Shown: positions 45,090 through 56,748, numbered from the stretch's first letter. The stretch: DNA of 64,000 bases from an uncultured cyanobacterium (GCA_963749915.1 CAVVOP010000022.1:96001-160000); one strand, 5' to 3'. Notes: generated by a model not told the origin, from the sequence alone. Numbers and translations are program-made.

Positions 45090-45122
45090 ACAGAAGTCGT
45101 CGTAAACTGCACACACTAGTGC

Positions 45123-46502
45123 TTGAACAATTTTGAAATTAACAGATTAAGATTCATTTTCAAGTCAGGTATTTGTATGGAAACTAATGCAATAAGTTTA
45201 TCGGAAATTATCGTTACCCAAGTACTTTTTGTAACACGACTGGATGTTCAAATTCAGTCTTTGATTATCATTGTTTCCCTGATAACAGGTTGGTTGTTAT
45301 CTAAAGCCTTTTGGAAGTGGTTTCATAAAAAATTTCCGAAAATCACCACCTTTGTCTTGAGAGATGAAAAACTCTCTGCCAATGAGTCTTTAGCCCTATT
45401 TATACAAACTATTGATTTTCCTTTAATTACTTTTATTTTACTTCAATTAATCGAAGTATTTTTTCATAATCAAAATTGGACAAGGGGATTAATTATTGGC
45501 GTCATAAAATTAGTCTTAGTTTATTTAATTTACCGTTGTTTATTAGCACTTTTATATGGTGCTTTTCCCTTAAAAATAATTTATCAATATGACTTTAGAC
45601 TTTTTACCCCTTTATTTATCCTTTATGTTTTATCAATGTGTATTAACTTTTTTACCGATTTAGAGCAATTGTCCCAAGTTGTATTAATAACATTATTTAA
45701 TAGTGCTATTACTTTTGGGGAAGTATTTTCTCTCATTATCGGCTTATATTTTTGGGTTATAATTGTCCTTCTTTCAGAGAAAGTTTTGCTGAATATAATT
45801 AATTCTCAAACTACTGCAAGAAAAGGATCAATTGAGGTAACTTTATTATTAATACGTTATTTTTTAATTGCTTTGGGTATTGTTTTAAATTTAGGCTATG
45901 CGGGATTTGATGGTAGGGCATTAACAGTTATTTCAGGAGGGTTATCTGTGGGGATTGGCTTTGGCTTAAAAGAAATTTTTAGTAATTTTATTAGCGGTAT
46001 TTTTCTGTTATTTGAAAAAGTTTTAAAACCCGGAGATCTTATTAGTATTGAAGGACAAACTTGTGAAGTTAAAAAACTGGGTATTCGGGCAACCACTGTC
46101 AAATTATTAGTAGATAACTCAGAAAAAATTATTCCTAATCAAACTTTTTTTACTCAGGATATCACTACTTATACAGGAACTAATAATTTAGTTAACTGTT
46201 GTGTTTTCGTCGGCGTCGGCTATGATTCTAGTGCGGTACAAGTGATGGATTTATTGTTTGAAATTGCTTACAATCACCCCTTAATATTAAAAAATCCTTC
46301 TCCTTTAGCTTTTTTTCTCAATTTTGGTGATTCTAGTTTAAATTTTGAGTTAAAATTCTGGCTAGATGATGTCAATCTCAGAAAGCGGGTTATTAGTGAT
46401 CTTAATTGTTCGATATTGACTAAATTTGCTAATCATAATATTGAAATTCCTTACCCTCAAAGGGATATTCATTTAATTGATAAGGTAACGGCAGAAAAAT
46501 GA
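45123..46502 (+). CDS. MscS-family mechanosensitive channel
   Basis: GGLSVGIGFGLKEIFSNFISG, GIRAT, IIPN, FGDSSLNFEL and IEIPYPQRDIH motifs. Confidence 0.92.
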   Translation: MNNFEINRLRFIFKSGICMETNAISLSEIIVTQVLFVTRLDVQIQSLIIIVSLITGWLLSKAFWKWFHKKFPKITTFVLRDEKLSANESLALFIQTIDFPLITFILLQLIEVFFHNQNWTRGLIIGVIKLVLVYLIYRCLLALLYGAFPLKIIYQYDFRLFTPLFILYVLSMCINFFTDLEQLSQVVLITLFNSAITFGEVFSLIIGLYFWVIIVLLSEKVLLNIINSQTTARKGSIEVTLLLIRYFLIALGIVLNLGYAGFDGRALTVISGGLSVGIGFGLKEIFSNFISGIFLLFEKVLKPGDLISIEGQTCEVKKLGIRATTVKLLVDNSEKIIPNQTFFTQDITTYTGTNNLVNCCVFVGVGYDSSAVQVMDLLFEIAYNHPLILKNPSPLAFFLNFGDSSLNFELKFWLDDVNLRKRVISDLNCSILTKFANHNIEIPYPQRDIHLIDKVTAEK

Positions 46503-46580
46503 AGTATCAATACTACTATTTAAGTATAAAGCTCCTGAATCCTGAATTCTGGCTCCTGTCTCCTATCCTCACGAAAGAAT

Positions 46581-46600
46581 CTTAACCAAAACTGAGGTTA
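46581..46600. mobile_element. Isolated IS982-type terminal repeat
   Basis: CTTAACCAAAACTGAGGTTA resembles the reverse complement of the end at about 56810-56830. Confidence 0.4.
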
Positions 46601-46617
46601 GATACGTGGCATAGGGT

Positions 46618-46691
46618 AGCAATCTCCTAGTCGTGAGATGATTAGGAAGCCCACACTGAATGCGATAGCATCAGTGTTGGGAGGATGTTAC
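46618..46691 (+). mobile_element. IS200/IS605 (TnpB-type) right-end remnant
   Basis: TCCTAGTCGTGAGATGATTAGGA hairpin followed by AGCCCACACTGA...TCAGTGTTGGGAGGATGTTAC. Confidence 0.6.
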
Positions 46692-48698
46692 TTAACTAAT
46701 CACCGTAAATGCGATGGCAAAACCTAAAACGGCGGCAAAAACGATTAAGGCATAAAATTGTGCTCGTCCATTTTCGAGATATTTTAAGCCTTCTCCACTG
46801 ATAATTGTGACTAAACCCGTTAAATTGACTGCACCATCTACTACTTTATAATCTACTTCCATTATGGCACGGGCAAGACGACGACAACCTTGTACAAAAA
46901 CTTTGTCGTAAAAATCATCGAAATACCATTTATTTAAGGAAAGCTCATATAAAGGTTGAATTTTCTGGGCGATCGCTTTGTAGTCGATTTTACCCTGTAG
47001 ATAAGTCAAAGAGGCGATAGTGATGCCGATTAAGGCGATACCGACGGAATTACCCCCCATGATCAAAAACTCATTTAAGTCAAAATGGTGGGCAACTTCT
47101 AATACTTCTTCGTTGGGGGAAGCAATAAACTCCTCAAAACGATTATTCCAAGGCATACCCAATAAACCAATTAAAATAGAAGGAATTGCCAACATCATCA
47201 AAGGAAATGTCATAGTCAGAGGGGATTCGTGGGGTTTTTCACCATGATGTCCTTCACCCCTAGGGGTAACACCAGCCTCTTTTAATAATTCCTCTTGAAT
47301 TTTATGATCTTGTCCGCGGAAATCCCCTTCAAAGGTCATAAAATACATCCGGAACATATAAAAGGCCGTCAAACCCGCCGTTAACCAACCCACCAACCAT
47401 AAAGCCGGATTCGCTTCAAAGGCTAAACCGAGAATTTCATCTTTTGACCAAAATCCGGCAAAGGGAGGGATGCCACAAATAGCTAGAGTGCCGATTAAGA
47501 AGCAACTGGAAGTAATGGGCATATATTTACGTAAATTTCCCATTAATCGCATATCTTGGGCTAAAACAGGCTCATGACCCACAACTTCTTCCATGCCGTG
47601 AATAACTGAACCCGAGCACAAGAATAACATTGCTTTGAAGTAAGCGTGAGTCATGAGGTGAAATAAACCGGCACTATAGGCACCGATACCCATAGCCATA
47701 ACCATGTAACCCAATTGGGAAATGGTAGAATAAGCCAAGCCTTTTTTTATGTCATTTTGAGTAATGGCTATCGTAGCACCAAGGAAGGCAGTAAAGCAAC
47801 CAGTCCAGGAAATCAGGATCATTACGTCGGGAATCGGTTCAAATACCGGGTACATGCGTGCAATTAAGAAAACTCCAGCCGCCACCATTGTCGCCGCATG
47901 AATTAATGCCGATATAGGGGTAGGACCTTCCATTGCGTCAGGCAACCATACATGAAGGGGAAATTGGGCTGATTTGGCAACAGGACCTAAAAACACCAAA
48001 ATGGCGAATAATGCCGCTAACCATCCAGCCACCTGTCCTGATAATACCAATTCATGAAGGCGATCGCCCATTGGTCCAAAATCGAAACTACCAGTAGCCC
48101 AATATAATCCTAGCATCCCCAGTAATAGACCGAAATCCCCTACCCTATTGACGACAAAAGCTTTTTGACAGGCATCGGCAGCAGGTTTGCGATCGTACCA
48201 GAAACCTATGAGTAAATAAGAACAAACCCCCACCAATTCCCAAAATATATATACTTGTACTAGATTGGGACTGATGACCAAACCTAACATGGAAGCACTA
48301 AAAATACTCAGATAGGCATAAAAACGCACATAACCCGCATCATGTGCCATATAACCATCGGTGTAGATCATTACCAGTAAGGCAACAGTAGTCACAATAA
48401 CAAGCATTAGTGAACTAAGGTGATCGATGGTATAACCCATACTGAGCTTGAAATCACCAGCAGAAGCCCATTCTATCATTTTTGTGTAGGGTTCGTGACC
48501 TTGCCATTGACTCCAAAATAAGGCGATGGCTATAGCTAAACAAACTCCTAAAATGGAGATAATGAAAATAGAGTTAACTTGCCTTAATTTGTTGGTGGCT
48601 TGATTAAAAGAAATTAACCCAATACCGACTATCATTGAAGAGAGTAGCGGTAGTGCAGGTACTAACCAAGCATATTCATACAATTTTAAACTATCCAT
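46692..48698 (-). CDS. ndhF1: NAD(P)H-quinone oxidoreductase subunit 5 (NdhF1)
   Basis: YEYAWLVP, KSAQFPLHVWLPDAMEGPTPISALIHAATMV, THAYFKA and C-terminal ENGRAQFY. Confidence 0.95.
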   Translation of the reverse strand: MDSLKLYEYAWLVPALPLLSSMIVGIGLISFNQATNKLRQVNSIFIISILGVCLAIAIALFWSQWQGHEPYTKMIEWASAGDFKLSMGYTIDHLSSLMLVIVTTVALLVMIYTDGYMAHDAGYVRFYAYLSIFSASMLGLVISPNLVQVYIFWELVGVCSYLLIGFWYDRKPAADACQKAFVVNRVGDFGLLLGMLGLYWATGSFDFGPMGDRLHELVLSGQVAGWLAALFAILVFLGPVAKSAQFPLHVWLPDAMEGPTPISALIHAATMVAAGVFLIARMYPVFEPIPDVMILISWTGCFTAFLGATIAITQNDIKKGLAYSTISQLGYMVMAMGIGAYSAGLFHLMTHAYFKAMLFLCSGSVIHGMEEVVGHEPVLAQDMRLMGNLRKYMPITSSCFLIGTLAICGIPPFAGFWSKDEILGLAFEANPALWLVGWLTAGLTAFYMFRMYFMTFEGDFRGQDHKIQEELLKEAGVTPRGEGHHGEKPHESPLTMTFPLMMLAIPSILIGLLGMPWNNRFEEFIASPNEEVLEVAHHFDLNEFLIMGGNSVGIALIGITIASLTYLQGKIDYKAIAQKIQPLYELSLNKWYFDDFYDKVFVQGCRRLARAIMEVDYKVVDGAVNLTGLVTIISGEGLKYLENGRAQFYALIVFAAVLGFAIAFTVIS

Positions 48699-49051
48699 CC
48701 TAGTTATTGTCTAATTTATTCATAACGTTTTAATTGTGACATAGGATCATAAATAATGAACAACTAAGAATTAAATTTAGCGGCAAGGTAGGCAATGTCC
48801 ACCGTAGATTTAGAGTTTAAAGTTGACCATTTTTTGAATTCAAAATTCAAAGGGCAAAATTAGGAAAAGATAATTTTTAATTGATTAATTTTGGGTACAA
48901 GCCCCCACTAATTGTCTTTAATTTTGAATTGATAATTTTGAATTTTGAATTCCAAATTTAAGATGACGCAACTGACGAGTCGATCGCCTCAGCTAAATCC
49001 TTTAACTCCGACGTGATCGCTCTAGCTGACATCTTTCTCACATCAAATGAG

Positions 49052-49125
49052 AAGTGTGGGGAGTGTGGGGAGTGTGGGAAGTATGGGATTTTTCTTCCCC
49101 ATCTTCCCCATCTTCCCCCTCTTCC
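49052..49125. repeat. Adjacent 9-mer tandem repeats (AGTGTGGGG)n and (TCTTCCCCA)n
   Basis: Seen directly. They account for the low-complexity N-terminus of ORF 49054. Confidence 0.8.
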
Positions 49126-49158
49126 AAGTCTCACCTTCGCCCAAATATTAAAAACCTA

Positions 49159-49404
49159 CACCCTCTTAAATCAATCTTAAACAAGAAAGGTTATAGTACT
49201 GGAGTAGGGGATGAAGGAGGTTTTGCTCCCGATCTTAAATTCAATGAGGAAGCAGTAGAAGTGATTCTGGAAGCTATTACCGCTGGAGGTTACAAACCTG
49301 GAGAGGATATCTCTATCTGTTTAGACCCAGCTACCAGCGAGTTGTGGAGAGATGGTAAATACTTATTATTCAAGTCAACCAAGGAATTGCCAATTCAATT
49401 TTGA
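49159..49404 (+). pseudogene. eno: Enolase internal fragment
   Basis: [24 protein letters not shown]...[18 protein letters not shown]. Both termini are missing. Confidence 0.88.
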
Positions 49405-49537
49405 TTAAGTTAAACTAAACCAAATCGGAACTATGACTGAAACCCTTGATACCATTAACCTAGCGAATCCGTTATATCCTTAAATCTGATTCAAATTGTG
49501 CTTTCCTGAAGATTTACACCATTAGATTAGTAAAGAT

Positions 49538-50236
49538 ATGTCTGAACTCATTTTGATCCGTCACGGACAAAGTCTCTGGAATGCCCAAAATAAGTTTACC
49601 GGTTGGGTGGATGTTCCCTTGAGTGAAAGGGGAAGGGCTGAAGCAATGGTTGCTGCTTGTAAGCTAAAAGAAAAGCAGTGCCAGGTCAATATTTGCTTTA
49701 CCAGCCTACTCATCCGTAGCATCGAGACGGCAATTATCTGCCTGACTGAATGCGATGAAGTCTGTGGGGGCAGGATTCCCATCCTCAAGCACAATGCTGA
49801 TGACCCCAACTGGCATGGCTGGGATCGCTATGAAGGCAATGCGGATGAAGAACTACCCATTTTCCCCTCTCAGGCTCTAGACGAGCGTTATTACGGGGAA
49901 TTGCAAGGATTGAATAAAGCCGAAACGGCGAAGAAATACGGTGAAGATCAAGTCCACGAATGGCGACGCTCTTATGGAACACGCCCTCCGGGAGGGGAAA
50001 GTCTGGAGGATACCAAACAACGGGTACTGCCTTTCTTCGAGAATCGCATTCTCACTCATATTAAACAGAAAGATTCGATCTTAGTGGCAGCCCATGGCAA
50101 CTCTTTGCGTTCTATTGTCATGATTCTCGATAACTTAACCCCTGAAGAAGTTCCTAAACTGGAACTGGGTACAGCCGCCCCCATAGTTTACGAACTGGAT
50201 GAGGAGGGCAAAGTCCTAGATAAAGTTCTTCTTTAA
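49538..50236 (+). CDS. gpmA: 2,3-BPG-dependent phosphoglycerate mutase
   Basis: [27 protein letters not shown] and AAHGNSLR motifs. Confidence 0.95.
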   Translation: MSELILIRHGQSLWNAQNKFTGWVDVPLSERGRAEAMVAACKLKEKQCQVNICFTSLLIRSIETAIICLTECDEVCGGRIPILKHNADDPNWHGWDRYEGNADEELPIFPSQALDERYYGELQGLNKAETAKKYGEDQVHEWRRSYGTRPPGGESLEDTKQRVLPFFENRILTHIKQKDSILVAAHGNSLRSIVMILDNLTPEEVPKLELGTAAPIVYELDEEGKVLDKVLL

Positions 50237-50318
50237 TGGAAACAGACCCGCCCCGTTCACAAGAATCACTATTTCTTTTTGTTTACAACTTAAACATAAA
50301 TACTATGGATGGATAGAT

Positions 50319-51896
50319 ATGGATATTCTCTGGCAACGCTATCAAGACTGGCTTTATTATCATCAAGGTTTAGGACTATATTTAGATATCAGCCGTATGG
50401 CCTTTGATTCTGGTCTTTTAGAAGCTCTTAAGCCCAGGTTTAATAAGGCTTTTAAGGATATGGAAGCTCTGGAAAAAGGAGCGATCGCCAATCCAGATGA
50501 GAACCGCATGGTGGGTCATTATTGGTTACGTAATCCTGACTTAGCACCTCCTAACCTAAAGAAAGAAATTATCGAAACTTTAGAAGGAATTGAAGATTTC
50601 GTTGAAAAAGTTCATTGTGGAGCGATTAAACCCCCTGAAGCAGAGAAATTTACCGATATTCTCTCGGTGGGTATCGGCGGTTCTGCCCTAGGCCCAGAAT
50701 TTGTGGCTGAAGCATTAGCCCCCGATTTTCCGCCCATGGCAATTCATTTTATTGATAATACCGATCCCGCAGGTATAGATCGAGTACTTAACCGCCTCAA
50801 GGATCGCTTAAAAAGTACCTTGGTGATTATTACGACTAAATCAGGGGGAACTCCTGAAACCCGTAACGGGATGTTGGAAGTTAAACACGCTTACGAACAA
50901 CTTGGATTAGATTTTCCAGGTCATGCGGTGGCAATTACCATGATTGGTAGTAAAATGGACGAATTAGAGCGGATGGAAGGCTGGTTAGCTGAATTCCCCA
51001 TGTTTGATTGGGTCGGGGGGCGTACCTCAGAAATGTCAGCGGTAGGGCTATTATCAGCTTCTTTACTGGGCATTAATATCCGCGAGTTATTGGCTGGTGC
51101 CCAGGAAATGGACGAAGCTACTAGAGTAACAGATATCAAAAATAATCCCGCCGCTCTCCTCGCATTATCTTGGTATCATGCCGGTGAGGGGAAGGGTAAA
51201 AAAGATATGGTGATTTTGCCCTACAAAGATAGCTTATTGTTATTCTCTCGCTATTTACAGCAATTAGTAATGGAATCCTTGGGTAAAGAAAAAAATCTTG
51301 ATGGTGAAATTGTCCATCAGGGTCTGGCTGTTTATGGCAATAAAGGCTCTACGGATCAACATGCCTATGTTCAGCAATTACGAGAAGGCATTCCTAATTT
51401 CTTTGCCACTTTTATTGAGGTGCTAAAAGATCGAGAAGGGGATTCCCTTGAAGTCGAACCAGAGGCAACTTCAGGAGATTTTTTGTCGGGCTTTTTACAA
51501 GGTACAAGAGAGGCATTGTATGAAAATCAGCGAGAGTCTATTACCGTTACCATTCCCCAAGTAACAGAAAAAACCGTCGGAGCACTAATTGCCCTTTACG
51601 AAAGAACGGTGGGACTTTATGCTTCTTTAATCAATGTTAATGCCTATCATCAACCAGGGGTAGAGGCTGGTAAAAAAGCCGCTGCTTCCATTCTGGCCTT
51701 ACAGAAACAAGTGTTACAAATTTTAAAACAGGAGGGAAAAGCTATTTCTCTAAGTTCTTTAACACAAAAAGTTGGCTCTCCAGGCAAAGAGGAAGTAGTT
51801 TATAAAATCCTGCGTCATTTAGAAGCTAATGGACGAGGGATCACTATGGAAGGAGATCCCTCTAGACCTTCTAGTCTCCTGTTTTCCGCTTCTTAA
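50319..51896 (+). CDS. pgi: Glucose-6-phosphate isomerase
   Basis: [38 protein letters not shown] and [10 protein letters not shown] motifs. Confidence 0.96.
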   Translation: MDILWQRYQDWLYYHQGLGLYLDISRMAFDSGLLEALKPRFNKAFKDMEALEKGAIANPDENRMVGHYWLRNPDLAPPNLKKEIIETLEGIEDFVEKVHCGAIKPPEAEKFTDILSVGIGGSALGPEFVAEALAPDFPPMAIHFIDNTDPAGIDRVLNRLKDRLKSTLVIITTKSGGTPETRNGMLEVKHAYEQLGLDFPGHAVAITMIGSKMDELERMEGWLAEFPMFDWVGGRTSEMSAVGLLSASLLGINIRELLAGAQEMDEATRVTDIKNNPAALLALSWYHAGEGKGKKDMVILPYKDSLLLFSRYLQQLVMESLGKEKNLDGEIVHQGLAVYGNKGSTDQHAYVQQLREGIPNFFATFIEVLKDREGDSLEVEPEATSGDFLSGFLQGTREALYENQRESITVTIPQVTEKTVGALIALYERTVGLYASLINVNAYHQPGVEAGKKAAASILALQKQVLQILKQEGKAISLSSLTQKVGSPGKEEVVYKILRHLEANGRGITMEGDPSRPSSLLFSAS

Positions 51897-51980
51897 ACTT
51901 CTTCATCAAACCAGTGCTTAGTGGGAAAATTATCATGATTTTCTTCATTCAACCAACAATTATTCAATTACGCCATTAAA

Positions 51981-53174
51981 GTGAAAACCATGAACAAAAG
52001 CTTATTAGATCAACTCAAGGAAATGACCGTTGTGGTGGCAGATACAGGGGATATTCAAGCCATTGAAAACTTCACCCCCAGAGATGCGACCACCAATCCT
52101 TCTTTAATTACTGCCGCAGCTCAAATGCCTGAGTACCAAAGTATTGTAGATGATACTTTAAAACAAGCAAGAGCAGAACTCGGTGACAGTGCCTCCATTG
52201 GCCAAGTGGTGACTTTAGCCTTCGATCGCCTTGCTGTTTCCTTTGGCTTAAAAATTTTAGAAATTGTGCCCGGAAGAGTTTCCACCGAGGTGGATGCGAG
52301 GCTATCCTATGATACAGAAGCAACTTTAGCAAAAGCCCGTTACCTTATTTCTCAGTACAAAGCAGCGGGAATTTCCGAAAAACGTGTCTTAATTAAGATT
52401 GCCTCTACTTGGGAAGGTATTCGTGCGGCGGAAATCTTAGAAAAAGAAGGCATTCATTGTAATCTTACTCTCCTGTTTGGTTTACACCAAGCCATTGCTT
52501 GTGCAGAAGCAGGAGTAACCTTGATCTCTCCTTTTGTGGGACGAATTTTAGATTGGTACAAAAAATCAACAGGAAAGGAAAGTTATCCCCCAGCGGAAGA
52601 TCCCGGAGTGTTGTCCGTGGCAAAAATTTACAATTACTACAAAAAATTCGGCTATAAAACTGAGATTATGGGAGCAAGTTTCCGCAATATCGGTGAGATT
52701 ACTGAATTGGCAGGTTGCGATTTGCTCACAATTTCTCCCAAGCTACTAGCTGAATTGAAGGAAAGTACCGAAGAGTTACCACGGAAATTAGATCCAGCTA
52801 AAGCCGCTAATAGTGATATTAAGAAAATGTCTATGGATAAAAAGACTTTTGAGCAGATGCACGCTCAAGATTCTATGGCTAAAGAAAAGCTAGCGGAGGG
52901 AATTGAGGGATTTTCAAAAGCTTTGGAAGCTTTGGAAAAGCTTTTGGCAGAAAGGCTTGCTCGTCTTGAGGGAGAAAAAACTCTCAGCAATGCCGCCCAA
53001 GATATTTTCCAAGTCTATGACTTAGATGGGGATGGCGTTATCACTCGAGAAGAGTGGGCAGGCACCGATGCAGTATTTGATGCCATCGATCTCAATGGAG
53101 ACGGTCAAATTTCTCCAGAAGAGTTGGCCGCTGGAATGGGCGCTGCCTTTCGCCTAGTCAAGAGTAATTCTTAA
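51981..53174 (+). CDS. tal: Transaldolase with C-terminal EF-hand pair
   Basis: [24 protein letters not shown] and [12 protein letters not shown]-hands [12 protein letters not shown] and [12 protein letters not shown]. Confidence 0.95.
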   Translation: MKTMNKSLLDQLKEMTVVVADTGDIQAIENFTPRDATTNPSLITAAAQMPEYQSIVDDTLKQARAELGDSASIGQVVTLAFDRLAVSFGLKILEIVPGRVSTEVDARLSYDTEATLAKARYLISQYKAAGISEKRVLIKIASTWEGIRAAEILEKEGIHCNLTLLFGLHQAIACAEAGVTLISPFVGRILDWYKKSTGKESYPPAEDPGVLSVAKIYNYYKKFGYKTEIMGASFRNIGEITELAGCDLLTISPKLLAELKESTEELPRKLDPAKAANSDIKKMSMDKKTFEQMHAQDSMAKEKLAEGIEGFSKALEALEKLLAERLARLEGEKTLSNAAQDIFQVYDLDGDGVITREEWAGTDAVFDAIDLNGDGQISPEELAAGMGAAFRLVKSNS

Positions 53175-53183
53175 GGAATTCTG

Positions 53184-53210
53184 ATAGAGACAAGGCCTGT
53201 CTTGTCTCGA
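53184..53210. repeat. REP-like palindrome between tal and glgP
   Basis: GAGACAAGGC-CT-GTCTTGTCTC inverted repeat. Confidence 0.55.
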
Positions 53211-53287
53211 TAAAGTTCACCTCAGTTCCATTGGCCATTCCCAAATTTGTCCCATTTCAAAATAAGCAATCAATTCACTAATTAATT

Positions 53288-55834
53288 ATGTTCACAGAAA
53301 AACTAGGCAAACAAACCAAACAAGGCAATCAAATCCAAGTAGAAGACGATCGCACCGGTTTAGACATCGAAACCCTACGTCGTGCCATGGCGGATAATCT
53401 CTATTATGTACAAGGTAAATTTCCCGAAATTGCTACCAGTCATGACTACTACATGGCATTAGCTTATACGGTGCGCGATCGCTTGTTGCAACATTGGCTC
53501 AACAGCACTCGGACTTACCTCCAAAGTAAAGTTAAGAAAGTTTGTTACCTCTCTGCGGAATTCCTTGTGGGTCCTCATTTAGGAAACAATCTAATTAATC
53601 TTGATATTTACGATAAAGTTAAACAAGCAGTAGAAGAGTCAGGACTTACCTTTCAAGAACTAATCGATATCGAGGAAGAACCAGGTTTAGGAAATGGTGG
53701 TTTGGGAAGATTAGCGGCTTGCTATCTTGATTCCCTTTCTACCTTAGAAATTCCCGCTATTGGTTACGGAATCCGCTATGAATTTGGTATTTTTGACCAA
53801 GAAATACGAGGTGGCTGGCAAGTAGAAATTACAGATAAATGGTTACAATATGGTAATCCTTGGGAAATAGCCCGTCCCGAAGCCTCTGTGTTGGTTAATT
53901 TTGGTGGTCATACAGAGGCTTATACTGACGATCAAGGTAATTATCGAGAGCGATGGGTTCCAGCTTACGTAGTTAAAGGAATACCCTATGACACTCCCAT
54001 TCTCGGCTATAAGGTTAATACTGCCAATACTATGCGCCTGTGGAGTTCTGAAGCCTGCGAAACCTTTGATTTTCAAAGATTCAATCAAGGAGACTACTAT
54101 GGGGCAGTTAATGATAAGGTGAAATCAGAAAACCTAAGTAAGGTACTATACCCCAATGATGAGCAAATTGAAGGCAAAGAATTGCGTTTAGAACAGCAAT
54201 ATTTTTTCGTTTCCTGTTCTCTTCAGGATATGATTCGGATTCACTTGAGTCAAAATCCAAATCTCGATAATTTTGAGCAACAGTGGGCGGTACAACTTAA
54301 CGATACTCACCCATCTGTAGCTGTAGCCGAATTAATGCGTTTATTGGTTGATGTCCATCACTATGAATGGAAAAAAGCCTGGGAAATTACGAATAAAACT
54401 TTTGCTTTTACCAACCATACTCTATTACCCGAAGCACTAGAAAAATGGCCTTTAAACATTTTTGGTAAATTACTTCCCCGTGTTCTGGAAATTATTTATG
54501 AAATTAACCGCAGATTCATGGATGAAGTTCGGATTAAATTTCCAGGGGATGAGGGAAAAACTTTTTCCCTTTCCCTAATTGATGAGGGTGGTGAAAGATA
54601 CGTGCGCATGGCTAATCTGGCTTGTGCTGGTTCCTCTGCTATTAATGGCGTAGCTGCATTGCACTCAGAGTTAGTTAAAGAAACCATACTGCACGATTTC
54701 TATCAGATGTATCCCGGCAAATTTACTAATGTTACCAATGGCGTAACTCCCCGTCGCTGGATGGTACTCAGTAATCCGCGATTGACTCAATTAATTAGTT
54801 CCAAAATTGGGGATGGTTGGATCAAAAATCTCCATGAACTACGTCAATTAGAGACCTATATTAGTAATGCTGAGTTTCGTAGCGATTGGCGAAAAGTCAA
54901 ACAAGCGGTTAAGCAAGATTTAGCAGATTATATTCAAGAAAAGGTCGGTATTACCGTGGATGCCAGTTCTCTTTTTGATGTGCAGGTCAAGCGGATTCAC
55001 GAATACAAGCGTCAACACCTCAATGCCTTACATATCATCACCCTCTACCATCGCCTAAAAAATAATCCTAATTTGGATATTCCTCCTCGTACTTTTATTT
55101 TCGGAGGCAAGGCGGCTCCTGGCTATTACATGGCCAAACGTATCATTAAATTAATTACGTCCATTGGTGATGTCGTTAATAATGATCCCGACATTGGCGA
55201 TCGCCTCAAAGTAGTGTTTATCCCTGATTATAACGTTACCCTGGGTCAACGAGTATATCCCGCAGCAGATCTTTCTGAGCAAATTTCTACGGCGGGGAAA
55301 GAAGCGTCCGGAACGGGAAATATGAAATTTTCCCTGAATGGGGCTTTAACTATCGGGACTTTAGATGGGGCTAATGTCGAAATTCGAGAGGAAGTAGGGG
55401 CAGAAAACTTCTTCCTTTTTGGCTTAACTACTCCAGAAGTAGAACAAACAAAAGCTCAGGGCTACTATCCTCGTGGTTACTATGAAGGCAACGAAGAATT
55501 GAGAGGAGTTCTCGATTCCCTTAGTTCGGGTTTCTTTTCCCATGGAGATACAGAAATGTTCCGCTCCATCGTCGATAATTTACTTTATGATGACCCTTAC
55601 TTATTGTTAGCTGATTATCAGTCTTATATTGATTGTCAGGATCAAGTATCTCAAGCCTATAAGGATCAAGAGCAATGGAGTCGTATGTCGATTCTCAATG
55701 TAGCTCGCATGGGTAAATTTTCTAGCGATCGCTCTATTCAGGAATATGCTGATAATATCTGGAAAGTTAAACCAGTGAAAGTAGAACTTCAAGATTATGC
55801 TCAAGCCAAAGCAGGATTGAAAGTTAATCGCTAA
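53288..55834 (+). CDS. glgP: Glycogen/starch phosphorylase
   Basis: LGNGGLGRLAAC, QLNDTHP, TNHT, KRIHEYKRQ and EASGTGNMK motifs. Confidence 0.97.
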   Translation: MFTEKLGKQTKQGNQIQVEDDRTGLDIETLRRAMADNLYYVQGKFPEIATSHDYYMALAYTVRDRLLQHWLNSTRTYLQSKVKKVCYLSAEFLVGPHLGNNLINLDIYDKVKQAVEESGLTFQELIDIEEEPGLGNGGLGRLAACYLDSLSTLEIPAIGYGIRYEFGIFDQEIRGGWQVEITDKWLQYGNPWEIARPEASVLVNFGGHTEAYTDDQGNYRERWVPAYVVKGIPYDTPILGYKVNTANTMRLWSSEACETFDFQRFNQGDYYGAVNDKVKSENLSKVLYPNDEQIEGKELRLEQQYFFVSCSLQDMIRIHLSQNPNLDNFEQQWAVQLNDTHPSVAVAELMRLLVDVHHYEWKKAWEITNKTFAFTNHTLLPEALEKWPLNIFGKLLPRVLEIIYEINRRFMDEVRIKFPGDEGKTFSLSLIDEGGERYVRMANLACAGSSAINGVAALHSELVKETILHDFYQMYPGKFTNVTNGVTPRRWMVLSNPRLTQLISSKIGDGWIKNLHELRQLETYISNAEFRSDWRKVKQAVKQDLADYIQEKVGITVDASSLFDVQVKRIHEYKRQHLNALHIITLYHRLKNNPNLDIPPRTFIFGGKAAPGYYMAKRIIKLITSIGDVVNNDPDIGDRLKVVFIPDYNVTLGQRVYPAADLSEQISTAGKEASGTGNMKFSLNGALTIGTLDGANVEIREEVGAENFFLFGLTTPEVEQTKAQGYYPRGYYEGNEELRGVLDSLSSGFFSHGDTEMFRSIVDNLLYDDPYLLLADYQSYIDCQDQVSQAYKDQEQWSRMSILNVARMGKFSSDRSIQEYADNIWKVKPVKVELQDYAQAKAGLKVNR

Positions 55835-55848
55835 ATTAACAGTCTAAT

Positions 55849-55884
55849 AGACCTCTCCATAAATTATAATTTATGGAGAGGTCT
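55849..55884. mobile_element. Perfect 36-bp palindrome, minimal MITE family 2 (likely doubles as the glgP terminator)
   Basis: AGACCTCTCCATAAATTA-TAATTTATGGAGAGGTCT, flanked by AAT on both sides. Confidence 0.7.
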
Positions 55885-55999
55885 AATAAGTATTTCAGCC
55901 CCTTTTTTCTCAAATGTGGTCGATGTCTAATTTTTAAACTACGGAATGAGGTCTTCTTGATAAAGAAACAAATAACGATAGAAAAGGAGAACTGTAACG

Positions 56000-56419
56000 G
56001 TGCCAGTTCGTGATTACTATCATGATGTTGTACGCAATGCTCTTCAAAAAGATGGTTGGACAATTACCCATGATCCCTATCGTTTAAAACTGACCAGAAA
56101 AAAGAATTTGTATATTGATTTAGGGGCAGAACAACTAATTGCTGCGGAAAAAGGTGTGCAAAAAATTGCTGTTGAAATCAAAAGTTTCCGCAGTGCCTCA
56201 GAAATGAAAGATTTAGAGGAAGCAGTAGGTCAATTTGTCTTGTATGAACACTTACTAATACGCTACGAACCAGAAAGAAAACTCTATCTAGCAGTTCCCG
56301 AAGATGTAAGAGAATCTGTCTTTGAAGAAGAAGCAGGACTTGTCTTAATCGAAGACAAAATTATTCGCCTTTTTACCTTTGACTTCAACCAAGAGGAGGT
56401 TATTAAATGGATACCTTAA
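56000..56419 (+). CDS. xisH: XisH family protein
   Basis: HDVVRNALQKDGWTITHDP, DLGAE, KIAVEIKSF, AVGQF and LYLAV motifs. Confidence 0.93.
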   Translation: MPVRDYYHDVVRNALQKDGWTITHDPYRLKLTRKKNLYIDLGAEQLIAAEKGVQKIAVEIKSFRSASEMKDLEEAVGQFVLYEHLLIRYEPERKLYLAVPEDVRESVFEEEAGLVLIEDKIIRLFTFDFNQEEVIKWIP

Positions 56420-56748
56420 ACAAAACTCATCTGAAACAAGCAATTATTAAAGTCTTACAAGACTACATTGAATTTTTAGGTAATGACCCCGAAAGCGACC
56501 TTCAATTAATCATTGACGAAAAGAAAGATCACTATCTCCTAATTGAAATAGGTTGGCACAAAAATCAAAGGATTTACGGCAGTCTGATTCACATTGATAT
56601 CATTAACGAAAAAATATGGCTCCAACAAGACGGTACCGAAGAAGGAGTTGCCAACGAACTGGTAAAACAAGGCATTTCACCCCAACAAATTGTCCTCGCC
56701 TTTAAAACCTTAGAACGTCGTAGAATTACCGACTTTGCTGTTTCTTAA
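56407..56748 (+). CDS. xisI: XisI family protein
   Basis: DHYLL..GW, IHIDI, KIWLQQDGTEEGVANELV and IVLAF motifs. Confidence 0.93.
   Translation: MDTLNKTHLKQAIIKVLQDYIEFLGNDPESDLQLIIDEKKDHYLLIEIGWHKNQRIYGSLIHIDIINEKIWLQQDGTEEGVANELVKQGISPQQIVLAFKTLERRRITDFAVS

Noticed and set aside
49054..49404. 116-aa ORF as a real gene
   Set aside because: It is a chimera of 9-mer repeats and an enolase fragment.
53000..53174. EF-hand fusion on transaldolase as a novelty
   Set aside because: This is a known architecture in cyanobacterial transaldolases.
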